DNA from: Lytechinus pictus
Taxonomy: Eukaryota
Length of the DNA: 64,000 nucleotides
Direction: 5' to 3'
Assembly (NCBI RefSeq): GCF_037042905.1
Contig: NC_087249.1
Span: forward strand, 7,008,001-7,072,000
The notes under the pieces are model-generated. The model did not search any database. It was not told the DNA's origin and saw only the letters and a list, made by a program, of their open reading frames with translations. The position numbers were made by a program, and so were the translations under genes. Position 1 is the stretch's first letter, and every line of letters begins with the position of its first letter. Of this stretch, positions 1 to 14,114 are shown one piece after another.

Positions 1-377
1 GTTTCCATTCATTTCATTTTACGTTGTCTCCTATAATTTCTTTTATTTCCTCTTTTGTGGAACCAAGACCCCGCGCCTGTACGCCAGTAAAGCTTAATGT
101 AAGAAGGGTTCCTACAGGGGGGCGTTATAGAGCCATTTGAAAGTTATAGATGAAGAACCCCTACTGCGTGGGGTCTGGGGCAAAGCCCCGGTAGCTTATT
201 TGCATAAAATTTAGCAAGCTTATAGCACAATTTTGTATGCAGTCCATCTTTCTTCCCGCTCTTTATTTTCAATCCTCGGCAGCCTGGTCGTGTTATTAAG
301 TTTTTTTTTTCTTGTTCCTTTTCTTTGTTTTCCAATTTAGCTTTTGACTAATTCCATTCTACCTTCATTTCCCGCTT

Positions 378-828
378 TTGTTTGCCATTTTGTCATCTTT
401 TAATGTATTCATGGTATTGCCCCTGCTTATCTTCAAGAACTTGTCTAAATTCATAAACCCAAGCGTAATCTCCGTTCTGGCTCACAAAATCTTCTCTCTG
501 AAATTACTGTCAAGACCAAATCATATGGGGATCGGGCTTTCCAAAAAGCTGCACCAGCACACTGGAATTATCTACCACCGACATTAAGAAATATTGCACA
601 GCTTGAGAAATTCAAAGTACAATTAAAAACCCACCTCTTTCAGAATGTTTAACTTAGTCACATGTAGGTCCAATCCATGTTTAATATTCTTTGATCCTAT
701 GTATAATTATTTGATGTCTACTTTTTAAATTTACAATTCTCACCACATTTATCGCTTTCCTCGCACATAGAGACCTGTAGGTGTTATGCGTATTTAAGAA
801 CTGTACTATTATTATTATTATTATTATT
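378..828 (+). mobile_element. L2-like LINE 3' end (ORF2 C-terminus, 3' UTR, (TTA)n tail)
   Basis: Translates to CIHGIAPAYLQELV...KTKSYGDRAFQKAAPAHWNYLP...FKVQLKTHLF and ends in TTA repeats. Confidence 0.8.
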
Positions 829-1439
829 TTCTGGCAAATCGTTTCCGCATTGCGTGAACAATTCAGACAGTAATTATTTGGTCTCGAATTGAACCACACA
901 GACCGATATATATTAATTTATTGAGCTACCTTACTCTATAAAGCATCGAGCTTTATGACTCACACTCTTAAAAAAGTCGGTCAAAAAATGCCCAACTTTT
1001 AACCAACCCTGCATGGGCAACATATTGTGCACACAACTATTGGTTAAAATCTGTCCAAATTGGGTAATTAAAACTAATAATTGGGTAATTTGCTCAATTG
1101 GATTTTTAATAATTGCCCAGAATATTACATGTATAGTTTTTTTTTACCAAAATACATTACCCAACACAGTGGACAGTATGTTTCCCAACATTTTACGTGT
1201 TGCACAGTTGTCAAAGAATACATATAACAATATAAAAAAGAAAAAAACACCCAAAATTAGGGTGAAAAACAAACAAGACGCAGGAACACTCCAGCATTAC
1301 TAACAAAATAATCAACCAATCAATCAATAAATCACTTGTGTCATTGGGACTTCTGTTCGGAATATGGCGCTATTAAAAAGCCTCCAAATCCGTTGGATTC
1401 CATGAATACTCTCTCTATTTCCCCAAAATAGATTATTAA

Positions 1440-2280
1440 AAAAATAATAAATAATGGATAATGGCAACATTACGGCACTCATTATGCTAGATATGAGTTC
1501 AGCATTTGACACAGTAGATCACACTATCCTAATTGAAAGGCTTAACTCATTAGGTATCACTCAAGTCCCTTGCTTGGTTCATATCCTATCTATCAGAACG
1601 ATCTCAATATGTTAGAATCGGTAGTTCTATCTCAGGTTTAACTACTCTGAAGTTTGGGGTACCCCAGGGCTCTGTAGGAGGTCCACTGCTCTATTCCCTC
1701 TTTATGCAACCAATCAGCAAGATATTTCGTAAACATGGCATAAAATACCATTGTTATGCCGATGACATACAACTCTATTTGTCTTTTCAACCTTCAATGT
1801 CATGAATGTCGTCACTGAACTCTGCTATCACAAAACTTGAAGAATGTCTACAAGACCTTAAGACATGGCTTGTATCTAATTGCCTGAAACTGAATGATGA
1901 TAAATCAGAATTCTTAATACTTGGATCGAAGTTTATGCTTAGTAAAATTGACTTTCAGTCATGTCATGTCCATCTTGGTAGCTCTTGTATCACTCCGTCT
2001 AAAACAGCCCGTAATCTTGGGGTTATATTCGATCAGGAAATGACTTTTCGCAACCATATCACTTAAGTCCAACAAAATGTCCGATATCAACTACGTAATT
2101 TGAGTTTCATCAGAAAGTCACTGTCTAAACCTGCAGCCGAGATACTTATCCATGCTTTAATTTCCCCCCGTTTAGATTTTTCAAACTCATTGTTCTGTAA
2201 CCTCCCACAAAAAGATTTGACAAAACTTCAACGTCTACAAAACTCTGCTGCCCGTCTCCTAACCTACACTAAAAAGTATG
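1440..2280 (+). mobile_element. L2-like LINE reverse transcriptase fragment (degenerate)
   Basis: [29 protein letters not shown] and KLQRLQNSAARLL, with stops and frameshifts. Confidence 0.9.
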
Positions 2281-2724
2281 TACAACAGCTTTGTTTAAAT
2301 ATTTTACGCAGCGGCAGAAACATTTTTCGGCATTGCCAATTTTTCCAAAGGGCAGATAGCTCTGGGGAACCTTGATTTAAGCTACGCCTACCACTGTTCT
2401 CTTCATCCATTTCTTTCACAACATATATATATATATATATATACAGTATATATAAAGAAGTAAATGACTGAATAAATCAAATAAATATTTAAATAAATGA
2501 ATGTAGGAATGATAACACATCAAATAAAATGGTTTCTCAAACACCAAACTGTTGTTCTTCAGGCAAAAACTTTTATCAACAGGTTCCAACATCCCGATTA
2601 TGATGGCTTGTGTTTTATTTCTCATATTATTGGTCTTTATTACGCGTTATGAAATTTGTGATGGTCTGTTTGAAACCATAATAAAAAAAATTGCCGGTAT
2701 TGTGTTGGATCCTATTGGAATTAG

Positions 2725-2912
2725 AGGGGGGGGGGCGTTTCATAAAGTTGTTCATAAGTTAAGAGTGACCTTAAGAAGGACTGATGACCCTTTCTTATGG
2801 TTAATGATATTCACCATTTTTCATTGGTGATTATTTAGCGCGTAAGAAAGGATCACCAGTCGTTCTTAGCGTCGTTCTTAACTTACGAACAGTTTTATGA
2901 AACACCCTCCCG
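2725..2912. mobile_element. Palindromic MITE
   Basis: GGGGCGTTTCATAAA...TTATGAAACACCC inverted ends; related termini at 52558-52721. Confidence 0.6.
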
Positions 2913-3184
2913 GAAGGTAATCACATGCTGCATAAAACTTTTAAAACTGCTCAGATAATATGAAAAAAATTACATGATTCAATTATATTCCAGCTTGTTC
3001 ATTTTGTCAGTGGGCCTAGGCCTACCCGTTTTACTTTGACTTCACGTCAATCACAATGTTTTATGTCCTTTGTATCAACAATGAAGAATAAATATGGAGG
3101 TTCTTAGGAGTAAAACTTTATCATGCACCCTTTTTGTTGAAATTCATTTTTCTTGTTTATCCGTCTTTCGTCATTCATCACTTT

Positions 3185-3330
3185 TTACAAGAATATCTTA
3201 CATATTGTATTGTAATGATGTTGACATGGTTCATCGACCCAGCCGCTACTCATCTGACCAGTCTCATCGGTTACCGGAATAGCTACACAGTTCTCGTCCT
3301 CGGAACCATCCGGTTCGCCAGCTAGCCATT
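3185..3330 (-). CDS. C-type lectin domain exon b (terminal)
   Basis: WLAGEPDGSEDENCVAI...GWVDEPCQHHYNTICKIFL-stop; acceptor tttttggcacag. Confidence 0.9.
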
Positions 3331-6300
3331 CTGTGCCAAAAATAAGAATGCTGAATTGAGAAGATAATAATTATAATAATGATAATAATAGTAATAACGT
3401 TTTATTTACCCAGGGTAGCCACTTCAGTTCGAAAACTGCTCTATCAGCGGGCCCTGCAGAACATAAATTATTATTATTGGGTTATTACCCTTCTCCAATC
3501 TAAATGCTGAGCGCCAAGCAAGAAGGAAGAAGGTCCCATTTTTGTAAGTCTTTGGTATGACTCGGCCAGGGATCGAACCCACGACATCCCGTTCATGAGG
3601 CGGGCGCTCTACCGATGAGCCACCATGCCAGATTGATATGTATAGCATGCCACGATTTGAAGTCACTTTAAGGTTATTTTTGTCTGAATTAGATATCAAA
3701 AGGTCTTCTCCTATCATATCTTGATTTATTTTGTTCAGATGACTATTGGCAGGATTGTTTCTATTGACTTCTTTTATTTTTCGTACATTGAATTGTATTG
3801 CTTTGTTAATTTCAATTTTGTATGGTTATTTTTCACTTTGGCATCATATTGTATTATATTTTGTAAGATGTTTTACTCAAGTGCTTACTTTATTTCAATT
3901 TCTATTGATTTTCGTATTCCTTAAAGGGATGCTCCGGGCTGAAAATATTATGATATAAACAGATAAGAAAAAACCCAGAAAAACAAAACACTAAAATTTT
4001 GATGAAAATCGGACAAGGAATAGCAAAATGTCATGCAAGATTTGCATTATTCCGGTGAAACAGTTCAGGCATGTCTTCATGAACATTCAATGAGCAAATT
4101 GATGATGCCATACCCCCACTTGTTCTTTTGTATTTTAATATATTAGATTACGTTTATTCAAAATATTTCTAACAAGAAAAAAAATTGGACTGACAATGAG
4201 TCATTGCTGCAACCTAATTCTTTATAAAGCAGACATATTGTTCATACGTGTATGAAAAATGATATCATGTAATAACACAAAGGAAAGGGAAATGGGAATG
4301 TGGCATCATCAGCCCACCTAATGAATATTCATGATGACGTGCATATAACTATTTTCACAAAATATTGCTAAACTTTTGAATTCAATAACTTCGTTATTTG
4401 TTATCCGACTTTGATGAAATTTTCAGCATTTTGCTCTGTGAATTTGACTTTATTTATTTAGATATAAATATTTTCAACCCAGAGCATGAATGGTTTTCTT
4501 GAGTTTGCAACAAAGACTTTTTACAATGCAATCTTCTTGACATCTAGACATTGTGTATACCGTGGAAAAAATCTTAATCATATATGGTTCTTCTTTCCTT
4601 CCTTCTTCTTACCTCCCGTTCTGCCTTTCTCGTTATATTCTTCGTTTCGCTTTACTTTTCTATTTTCACTTTTCATTTTCCTATATTTTCCTCCTCTCAT
4701 AATTGGTCTTTCTTTCCTTCCTTCCTTCCTACCTACCTTCCTTCCTTCCGTCCTTCCATCCTTTCTACCTTCTTTCCTCCTTCTTTCTTTCTCTTTCTTT
4801 CTTTCTTTCTTTCTTGCTTGCCTTCCTTCCTTCCTTCCTCCTCCTTCTTTATTTCTTTTTCTCTCTTTCTTTCTTTCTTTCTTTCTCCTTTTTCCCTTTT
4901 TTCATTTTCCCTGTGATATCAGTTACGCCATTGATATGCGATTTAATCCCGCAAGAATATCGAGTATAAGTAAGCAAATCAAAAGATATGAGCCTTACAT
5001 ACTGTCTGTATTTTGCAGAGTTCCTTCACCGTCCACGTCACAGATGAGTTCCCCTTCGGTTTCCTTATGGCAGTTAATCCAAACACCCGGAGTCAAGTCC
5101 CAACCGGTCTCATTGATGTCTCGGATTTCGTCATCGGTTTCCACATCGAGGAGAGACGGTTTCTTGTTTCCGGTTATCGTAGGTACACTTGATAGGTTGC
5201 TACAAAACTCTTTCGCTTTGTCCCAAGTATGTGGGCCAGCAAAGTGGTAGCACTTCAGCGATATGCATTGCCAGTTAGCAACGTCAGGGTCTAAGTTTAA
5301 AGAAATCGATTAAATTGGCAATCGTGTTATATATTTGTGAATAACCATTGCAATATCCTTATCCATGCTTGGATTCATTCCACTCTCTTTGACAGACAGA
5401 CGCGGGATGGAGCACTGAAGAGATGTGAACTTGGGAGCCAAGCCCCCCCCCCCCCCAAGAAAGTTTCACGTTTAATAAAAATTGAGAAAGAGAAAAAATA
5501 CGTAAAGGAAAGAAGGTAGAACTGAAATGTCACATTATTCTTTGAATATTATAAAATATAAAACAAAAATTAGAATTCCGTATATCTAAAAGTCATTCTT
5601 TTTCGCTCGGTTCCCTCGCTCGCAGAATTTAAGAAATATCGTCCCTAACGTCATGTCTTGCCCCCTCAACTCATTTGCCTCATTACGCTATACTAGGATG
5701 GATATCAGACATGTAACACTTAATATTTTGTGGAGCGCTCACTGAATTTATTCTTCAATCAAATACTTGAATGGATAATTGTTGATCAACTTCCTTTAAT
5801 AAAGCTTGAATAATGTGCATTCCAAGTTAAATACATTATCTTTGTACATTGACTGTGAAAAAAATATAAACTGGAGCTATATTGACTGTGAAAGTAAATG
5901 TTTATGTAAACTGAAGGTTTATTGAATAAAACACCCTACTGTGGGGGAAAAAGAAATTTGAAAAAAAAATACGAAACTAAAAAATCATTTTGGTTGACTT
6001 ATCGTTGATTTGGGGGTGGCATGTCACATATATAATATCATTTGCGCCTGACGGTGAGATCAAAGCTGACCCGCTCTTAGTGCCACAGAAATGTTAAACA
6101 ACATCATTTTCGTTTTGGTCTAACACCAGATAGGTGTTTATACAACACCAATTAGTATTAAAACAACATCGGTTTGATTCCAAACGAGTGTGGTTTCAAT
6201 ACTTCTCTAGTGTGGACATTATATAGATTCCGGGCTGGTGTTAAATCAACACCGGAGTTTTTGCAGTGCACCATATAAGTTGTAGTGTTATTATCTATTA

Positions 6301-9300
6301 AGTTTTGTGTATAACATGAAATTGTAAATTCTCTGTCAGATTCAAAGGAAGCAAATGAGATAATTCTAATTATGTAAGTCTAGCTACTTCTCACACATAA
6401 TAGGATGATCTCCATATAGCTCCATACGAAGAGCGATCCGGTCATTCCATGATATGGGTAGAAGACGGATAAAACGACATACCGTGGCCTCGGGGAAGGC
6501 ATTCTTCACAACAGTGTTGCGGTCTGAATTACCCTGAAAGACCTATAATGATAGTAGACAATCATAATTACCAGTATAAATTGTTATCATCCATTTTTCC
6601 CATCTTTATATGAAACATTGGCCTATGTATATCTTTGAACATGTGCAATTCCCATTTTTGTAATCTTTTGTCGTGATTTGATGAAGAGTTACCTTTATTA
6701 GCAAATCTGCAAAAAATATGAATATTGTTTAATTCATATATACCCCCCAAAAAAAAAAAAATAGAAAGTAAGTGTGTGACACCATGAACTATCTGTGATA
6801 TTTGCAGATCATTTTGCTGTGCAGCACATGACTTTTTTGTTGAAAACTCAAAAAAGTATGTCATTACTTTCTTCTTTTTGATCCAATTTTGACAAAATTT
6901 TCAGCGTTATGCTTGTTTGATGTGTGTTTTTTTAATTCATATATTCATATTGTTGGAGTGGTATTCCACTTTACAATTTGAAGAATTAGGCATATAGGCC
7001 TGATGATTTTTTTTAATCGGAGGAATGTAAAAGAATTGCCAACTGGTTTCTGTACTTCTGTCCACTATAGATACATGTATGACAAACAGTCTGCTGCCAT
7101 TATTCAGTGCATGGCGCTCAAAAGTTAATGAACCCCATCAGAAAATGAACATATTTGAAGTTTTCAAGTTCCGCCATGATTTATATATTTACTTGTGAAG
7201 TCAGATGACAACGTATTATATTCATTAATGTTGTTTCTCTGCATGGGCTTGCCGAAAATTGTAGTGATGTTGTCTACATTCAACACTCAGCTATAGGGAG
7301 TGCATTTTGTGGTAGGGTTCACTAACTTTTGAGCACAACTGTTTTGTTGTGAACTCTGTAAAAAGCTTAGAAAGACCTTGTCTTGATTCTTGCTGATATC
7401 CTGCAAGGTATCAAAGTGAACACCATCTCTACTGCATTTGATCTTGTAGCTAGTCACCCATTGATTAGCGCCATAGTTATTTTGTGTTGCCACTCCTCGT
7501 ACTCGGAACAGGGTTGACAGGTCGACCTGAAGATATTAAATAAAGATTAAATTAGGATAAATTAATGGCACAAATTCACGGATACTTATACTCATTGAAG
7601 GGCCTATAGGTACATGTATAATTCTGCGTTGTGTTTATTTTTAAACCAGAGCGAAATTCAACTCAACTTTAGAAGTCAATATTTCACGCTCTTCTCATGA
7701 GTTTTCATAAAATCTTTCTTCGTATTTTTGGTTCATATACTTTTCCCCCTATACATTTCTTATTTGACCGATTCTTTCTCAACAGGCAAATATTGTGTGT
7801 TTATGTGTGGTGTGGAAGTGCATGCATGGGGTGTATGTTTCCTTGTATTAAGCATGGTCCAAAAAGGTACGATGTAATTTTTCTTTATCAAAATCTTTAG
7901 TTCACTCATTCTACACACAAGAAGCTGAACTTCCAATAAGATGTTTTTTTATCTGGGATAGAAAAAGAAGAATTACCTCAGCTAAAAAGCTTACTACTTA
8001 TATCCATTTATTTTGGTTCCATAATTACTATTTCATGTGGTTTTGCAAATTTCATTTTGCGATTGCTGTCACTCTGAAGAGCTTTCATTTCTTTTACTAT
8101 CATGAGTGGATTAAAATGACCGGGAAAATGACTGAGTTTTAGATGTTCGTCTTCTCCTAAGTGTGTAGAAGAATTCATGCGAATTTACCTACAAATGAAA
8201 TTGTACACCATTATAAATGTCGCTTTTGAAAGGTACTATATATCTAGTTAAATGAAAAACTAATTAATTCATACTAAATAAATTTGTCGACTCACACTTC
8301 AAACGTTTGCCTAACTCAATTATTATTTTTATTTGTATGATGCAGAACTAGACTCGGGTAAAGTGTTGCTAACTATGTTGATTAATTACAACACCTGTAC
8401 ACATATCACACAAATATTCATCATAGGAACGAACAGTCGTTTTCATTTTCCTTTTATTTTTTAGCTGACAATATATACATAATGGGCATGGGAATTCTAC
8501 CACCCCCCTGCTCGACCTCTCGCCTAATATTTACGGAACGCGAAAAAATTCTCGCAGCGATGTGTCTTTTCCTTCTAGTCACTCGATGGCCGCACGCAGA
8601 AGAGGGGCACGGGGGCAGTTAATAATAATATTAATAATATTAATCCGCTTTTATACAGCGCTTAATACATTCCCCCGAAATTTTGAAAACGTTTTTACTG
8701 AATAATTTCAAAAAAATCATCAAAAGTATGCATAAAATCCTTCAATTTCACTTGACAAAATGCGAAAAATGCCCCAATTACAAGCTCGTTTTCTTCGCTC
8801 CCTCGCTTTTACATTGTTTTTTTTTTCGAAAAATTCACGTGAGCTGCCCGCCAAGCGAAAAAATTTTGCGTACGGCCATATGTCTCCGCAATCTTTTGAT
8901 GACAAATTTGCGCCGTCCAGGTTCCGAAAATGCGTATGATAATACATTCGTGTCGAACCCCAAATTTCTCAAATTAGCGATTTTCTGTACAATTTCTATA
9001 ACATTGCGATTTCAGTCATATTCATAAATATTTTTGTTTCTACTGATTCAAATATTGATTTTATTATATCTCCACCAAAAAAAAAAAACAATTGCAGCTT
9101 TTTCAAACCGTGTATACAAAAACGTAAAAATGACCATCTGATTATGATTTTTTTTTGCATGTTCAGCCCCCCCACTTTCGAAACCGTTCCGTAGCCCCTG
9201 TGGGTAACGTGCGTACTAACTTTCGTCGCGATTGCACGGTTGACAGCTGAGATCAATCGCAACTATGGACGACCAGCAACGACAACATCTATTATGCATG

Positions 9301-12300
9301 TTAATTCTTTATTCAAAATATTTTCTAGCTGTGATGTATTTTCATGCATACATTGTTTTCTTGAAAATTCACTGCGCTTCTCTTTGCATGCAAAGGACAT
9401 TGTGAAACTTTTCGTAGAAACAATTATGACACTGATTGATTTCCATAGAGTTATCGGATCAATCGTAACTCTTTCTAAGACGGGGCCTAGATCAGAGGAA
9501 GGGTAGGGGGTGCTGCGAACCTGCATCTATTATGATCCCACAAAATACCCCGTCCTAGTTAGGGCTTAAGGGGAAGTTCACGCTGACAAATAGGTTGCAA
9601 AAATACAATACTAATGATAAAAAAATATCCATGTAGATTTTAGTAAAATCCACGAAAGATTAAAGGAGAATGAAACTCTTGGAGCAAGTTAGCTTTTGTG
9701 AATGCAGAAAAATCAAAGAATAAGATCAACAAAACTTTGAGTAAAATAGGACTAGCAATAGAAGAGTTATGAGCATTTGAATGTCGAGATCACTAATGCT
9801 ATGGATATCCTCCCATTGGCAATGCGACCAAGATCTATGATGTCACAGATGAACAACTCTCCCCTTTTGGACACTGAAAATATACCCCAAAACATATCTT
9901 TTTGCTCATTCTAATCATTTGACAAACGATTCATCAATGATATAATGTTGTGAAACCTCTGTACTTGTCCTCTCATAAAAAGAACACCTCACCTTGTGAT
10001 AGACTCTATAAATATGAGAATATAAGTGAAATAAGTACTAAAGTAATGAGGGAGTTGTACGTGTGTGACATCACAGATCTTGGTCGCATTGCCAATGGGA
10101 GGATCTACATGGCATTAGTGATCTCAATATTCAAATGCTCATAACTTTCTTATTATTTATTCAATCTTCCTCAAACTTTCAACAATATGTTTCTTTGATT
10201 TTTCTCTTTGATATGGATTCAGCTGGTTTCAAGGATTTCCTTCTCCTTTAAGCAAGTTATTAGAATTTGTAAGTCGTTGATAATGTGGACGTCATATACG
10301 AACAGCCGCCACATATGTTTTGTGATTATAATTCATGAAATCCACTAAAACAAAACCTCTATTTATGATATTTTATCATTCAGATAATATAATACATTTC
10401 AAATAGTGAGTGGGAGAGTTCATCGGTTCCCTTATTTGCATACTTGCCATGCATATTTGCCAGGATAACTGTTGTTTTGCGAAATTAAGAATGTCACGGC
10501 TTTCTAAATTTTCAGTGTTCGACTTGTTGATTTTTCCTTTCTATTTATTCAAATCAATTTATTATTGGGGTTCATTATTTGTTTTTTTCAGTTTTTTTCC
10601 AGGAGTCTGAAATGATATGTTGATATATTGAAGGTACAATGAAACCGTATTCATTTTTTATCTTTACATTTCTTCCCTTTTTTACATGATATGGGAAAGC
10701 TGCTCTGAGATGACATCACAAATAAACCAAAAGTTTTAATAACTTTTTTAAACCTAGATAGATTTTGTTCAAATCTTCACAATATTTATCGTCATTATTT
10801 ATCTGCTATTTTAGATCTAGATTTATTTATTACCGTTCAACAAAATAAACAAAAAATAATCGAAGAAACAGAACATAATCACAGTAATACAGACAAATCA
10901 AGGACATTTATATTGAAGATACATTAACTGACTTTAAAAGAAAAGCAAAGCTTGTATAAAAGCCAAGGCCTAAACGTAGTATATTTTTCAGATAATATTC
11001 GTCAGTGTTGAATTGCTCCTTCAAGAGGCACGCGGTAAAATGTTCTGGGGGCATGAAAAGTTATAAGCTATAGCTCACCTGTATCCATTGGTTCTTATTA
11101 TGATTAGCCGGTTTCCAAGCTCCACAGAGTATGGTACCATTTCCCAGCTCCTTACTGACTGTAGATAAACGCACCCTTTGTGGTGGACATCTATAATGAA
11201 TACCATTGCTAATAGTATGCGAAGAACTTGAAGCCTTTAAACTTGAATCAGGAATGAATCCATTCTCAAGGCCCAAGGGGTAATCGAAGTCACCTGACAT
11301 GTCTGGTGGAAATAAGAACGAACTTACTTTAGCATGCGGTTATGTAATTAATTAATTTTTTTTTTTTTTGGGCGTCACCTGTGCCTGGGAGGCAAAAAAG
11401 CTAACTGAATCATTATGACCCGCAGGTCTCTCCTCCCGATATAACTGATTGGGGGGAGTGCAGGTGGACCACTACACCGGGGTTCCCCCTACTCTTATAC
11501 GAATAGTGCAGTGAGTTCTTAACGTGCAAAGGTGGTGACTCTCCTCTACACGGGGCCTCCATTTAACGTCCTACCCGAGGGACGGAGAGTTTTCCATTGT
11601 AACATAGCCTGCATCTATGAAACATGGGAGAGACGTTTACACACAACGCACTGGTTTCAGTCATCCGCCCGGGGTGGACTCGAACCCACGATCTTTGGTT
11701 CGACGGGCAGACGCGTTACCGACTGAGCCAACAACACTCTTTTATGAAAAACAAAATGAAAATCCATTTTTTTATTGTTCGAAATATACATGAAATGAAA
11801 TACTCCGAAAATTTGCTTTGCCCAATTGATCGTGGGGCCGGCAACCGCTGTGCAGCGCCAGATCGACGAGGCTCTTTCCCTTTAATCGTTGAACGCCAAA
11901 ACAGGTTAGCAGCAACTCCCATCTTTTAACGTCTTTTGGTCTGACGCGGCCGGGGTTTGAACCCCCGACCTCCCGGGTGTGAGACGGACGCTCTACCAAC
12001 TGAGCCAACACACCGGGGGGTTTTGATCACTAAAAACAACTAAGAAAATAATTAATTAATGACTCAAACTTAGTAGTAACCGCTCTCCGATCAATCTTCT
12101 CAGATTGACTAGACAATCGGATCCTTTAGTCTCCTAGTGAAATTCGCGATGTCTTGATTACAAGGGGAATGTATATATTGGTGTAAAATGACCCTAAGAA
12201 ATGTTGAGGTTGTAAATGGGGATATTTGCTGACCTGATTTTACGGTCATTCATAAGTGATTAAGGGGAACGCCAGGCTGAGAATAATATGATTTGAATAC

Positions 12301-14072
12301 GTAAAGAACAAGGTGGTACACGAACCACGAGTCTCGCCTGACTACGTGATCAATAAGATGTGCAATACCTAATAATTGAAATATAACTCTCCTAAATGAA
12401 AATTTAAAATCAAATTATTGGTACCATCTGATTACAAAAAAAGCCCCACAAGATCAAAGGGGGTACTTCAAGCTGACAAAATATGGATTGAACTGATAAA
12501 TTGAAATCAGACAAGAAAGACACTGTAAATTCGACTAGAATTATACAAGAAAAAAGGAAGACATGACATTTTAATAAATTATACACAACAAAAAAAGTAA
12601 GTCCCCCCTTAAACAAACATCAATAATTTCCGAACCAACGCGATTTTTTAAATATATATTTTTACATGAGCGTGTAGGTAATTTTATAAGCTACCCTCTG
12701 AATAAATGTTATGGACGTATTTTATGTCATGCTTCAGTGAGCACCGCTAGAAGTCAAAATTGTCACTTTTCAAAAGTCACAAGCCAAATATCATGACTTT
12801 GATTCCACTTTATTGGAACGAATTCCACCAAATTCTCATCATGAAAAATAGTCAGAAGGCTTGTAAAAGGTACTTTCTAAAAGACGATACAGCTTTTTTT
12901 TTACTAAATTTCTCGGTTGAATAATTACAAGTCCAAATTTGGTATAATTGAATTTTTTACACATTTCTATTGATAAAAATGATCGAATATGATGACAGTT
13001 ATTTTTTGGAAGAGTATCTTCAACGATATTTATCGTTTCACGGTTCAATGAACATTTATTGAAAACAAAACATACGATTTTCCAATATCATATGCAAGTA
13101 TTGTTTCATTCGCATACATTCGTAATTCCGAAGCTTCGTTATTCCGAAGGTTCGGATATTCCGAAGGTTCGTTAATCCGAAAACGAAATGAGGTTCTTAA
13201 TTCCGAAGGTTCGTTAGTCCGAAACGAAATGAGGTTCGTAATTCCGAAGGTTCGTTAGTCCGAAAACGAAATAAGGCTCGTTAATCCGAAAATTAACTAA
13301 GGTTCGTATTTCCGAAAATGAAATTAATTCATTTTGGTAACAAGAACGGTGTTGTCCTTACAAGATGACATGATATCATGCAATAATAAAATAACGAACG
13401 ATGATACATGTGTGTGTTGTGGCCAAAGCATGTATTGCATTAAGAATAGGCGGCCGGATCAAGCATACGCTAAATTTCGATTTTATCTGAGCAATTGCTG
13501 ACCAAGCAAATGGTTTAAAGATGCAGGGGATTAAGTGTGTTGGTCGCGTGCGAGTAACCTCCAGATAATAGGATTTGTATTAGAGGGTATGTCATTTTTA
13601 ATAAGAGCTTCTGCTGGTAATAAAAATAATAATACTAATGATGATCATGATAATCCCAAACGATGATCATAATAAAAATGGTGATAAAGAATATATATGT
13701 TAATCAAATTTTATTGATCGTTACGCCTAGTGTTAACAATGTTAATCCTTTTTTCATGATTACAAAAAATTGCTCAGAATGTTTACTTTTTATGTGGGGC
13801 GTTGTGGCCCAGTGGATTAGTCTTCTGACTATGAAACCGAGGGTCGTAGTTCGAATCCCAGCCATGGTGTAATTTCCTTCAACAAGAAATGTATCCACAC
13901 TATGCTGCACTCGACCCGGGTGAGGTGAATGGGTACCCGGTAGGAAGAAATTAATTAAATGCCTTCCTTTGGGCGCCTAGGCAGCCCAGCTAAAGCCGGG
14001 GTAATAATAATAGCAGGGCCCGCTGGGAGAACAGTTTTCAGAACTGAAGTGGCTTCCCTTGGTAGACAATAC

Positions 14073-14114
<42 letters not shown>

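Noticed and set aside
4486..5250. 254-aa plus-strand ORF
   Set aside because: It consists of a microsatellite plus the antisense strand of the C-type lectin exon
11940..12014. tRNA-like sequences (also near 3560-3629, 11670-11737, 13796-13865 and 39246-39315)
   Set aside because: The acceptor stems do not close and each runs into a SINE body and tail, so they are SINE heads and not tRNA genes
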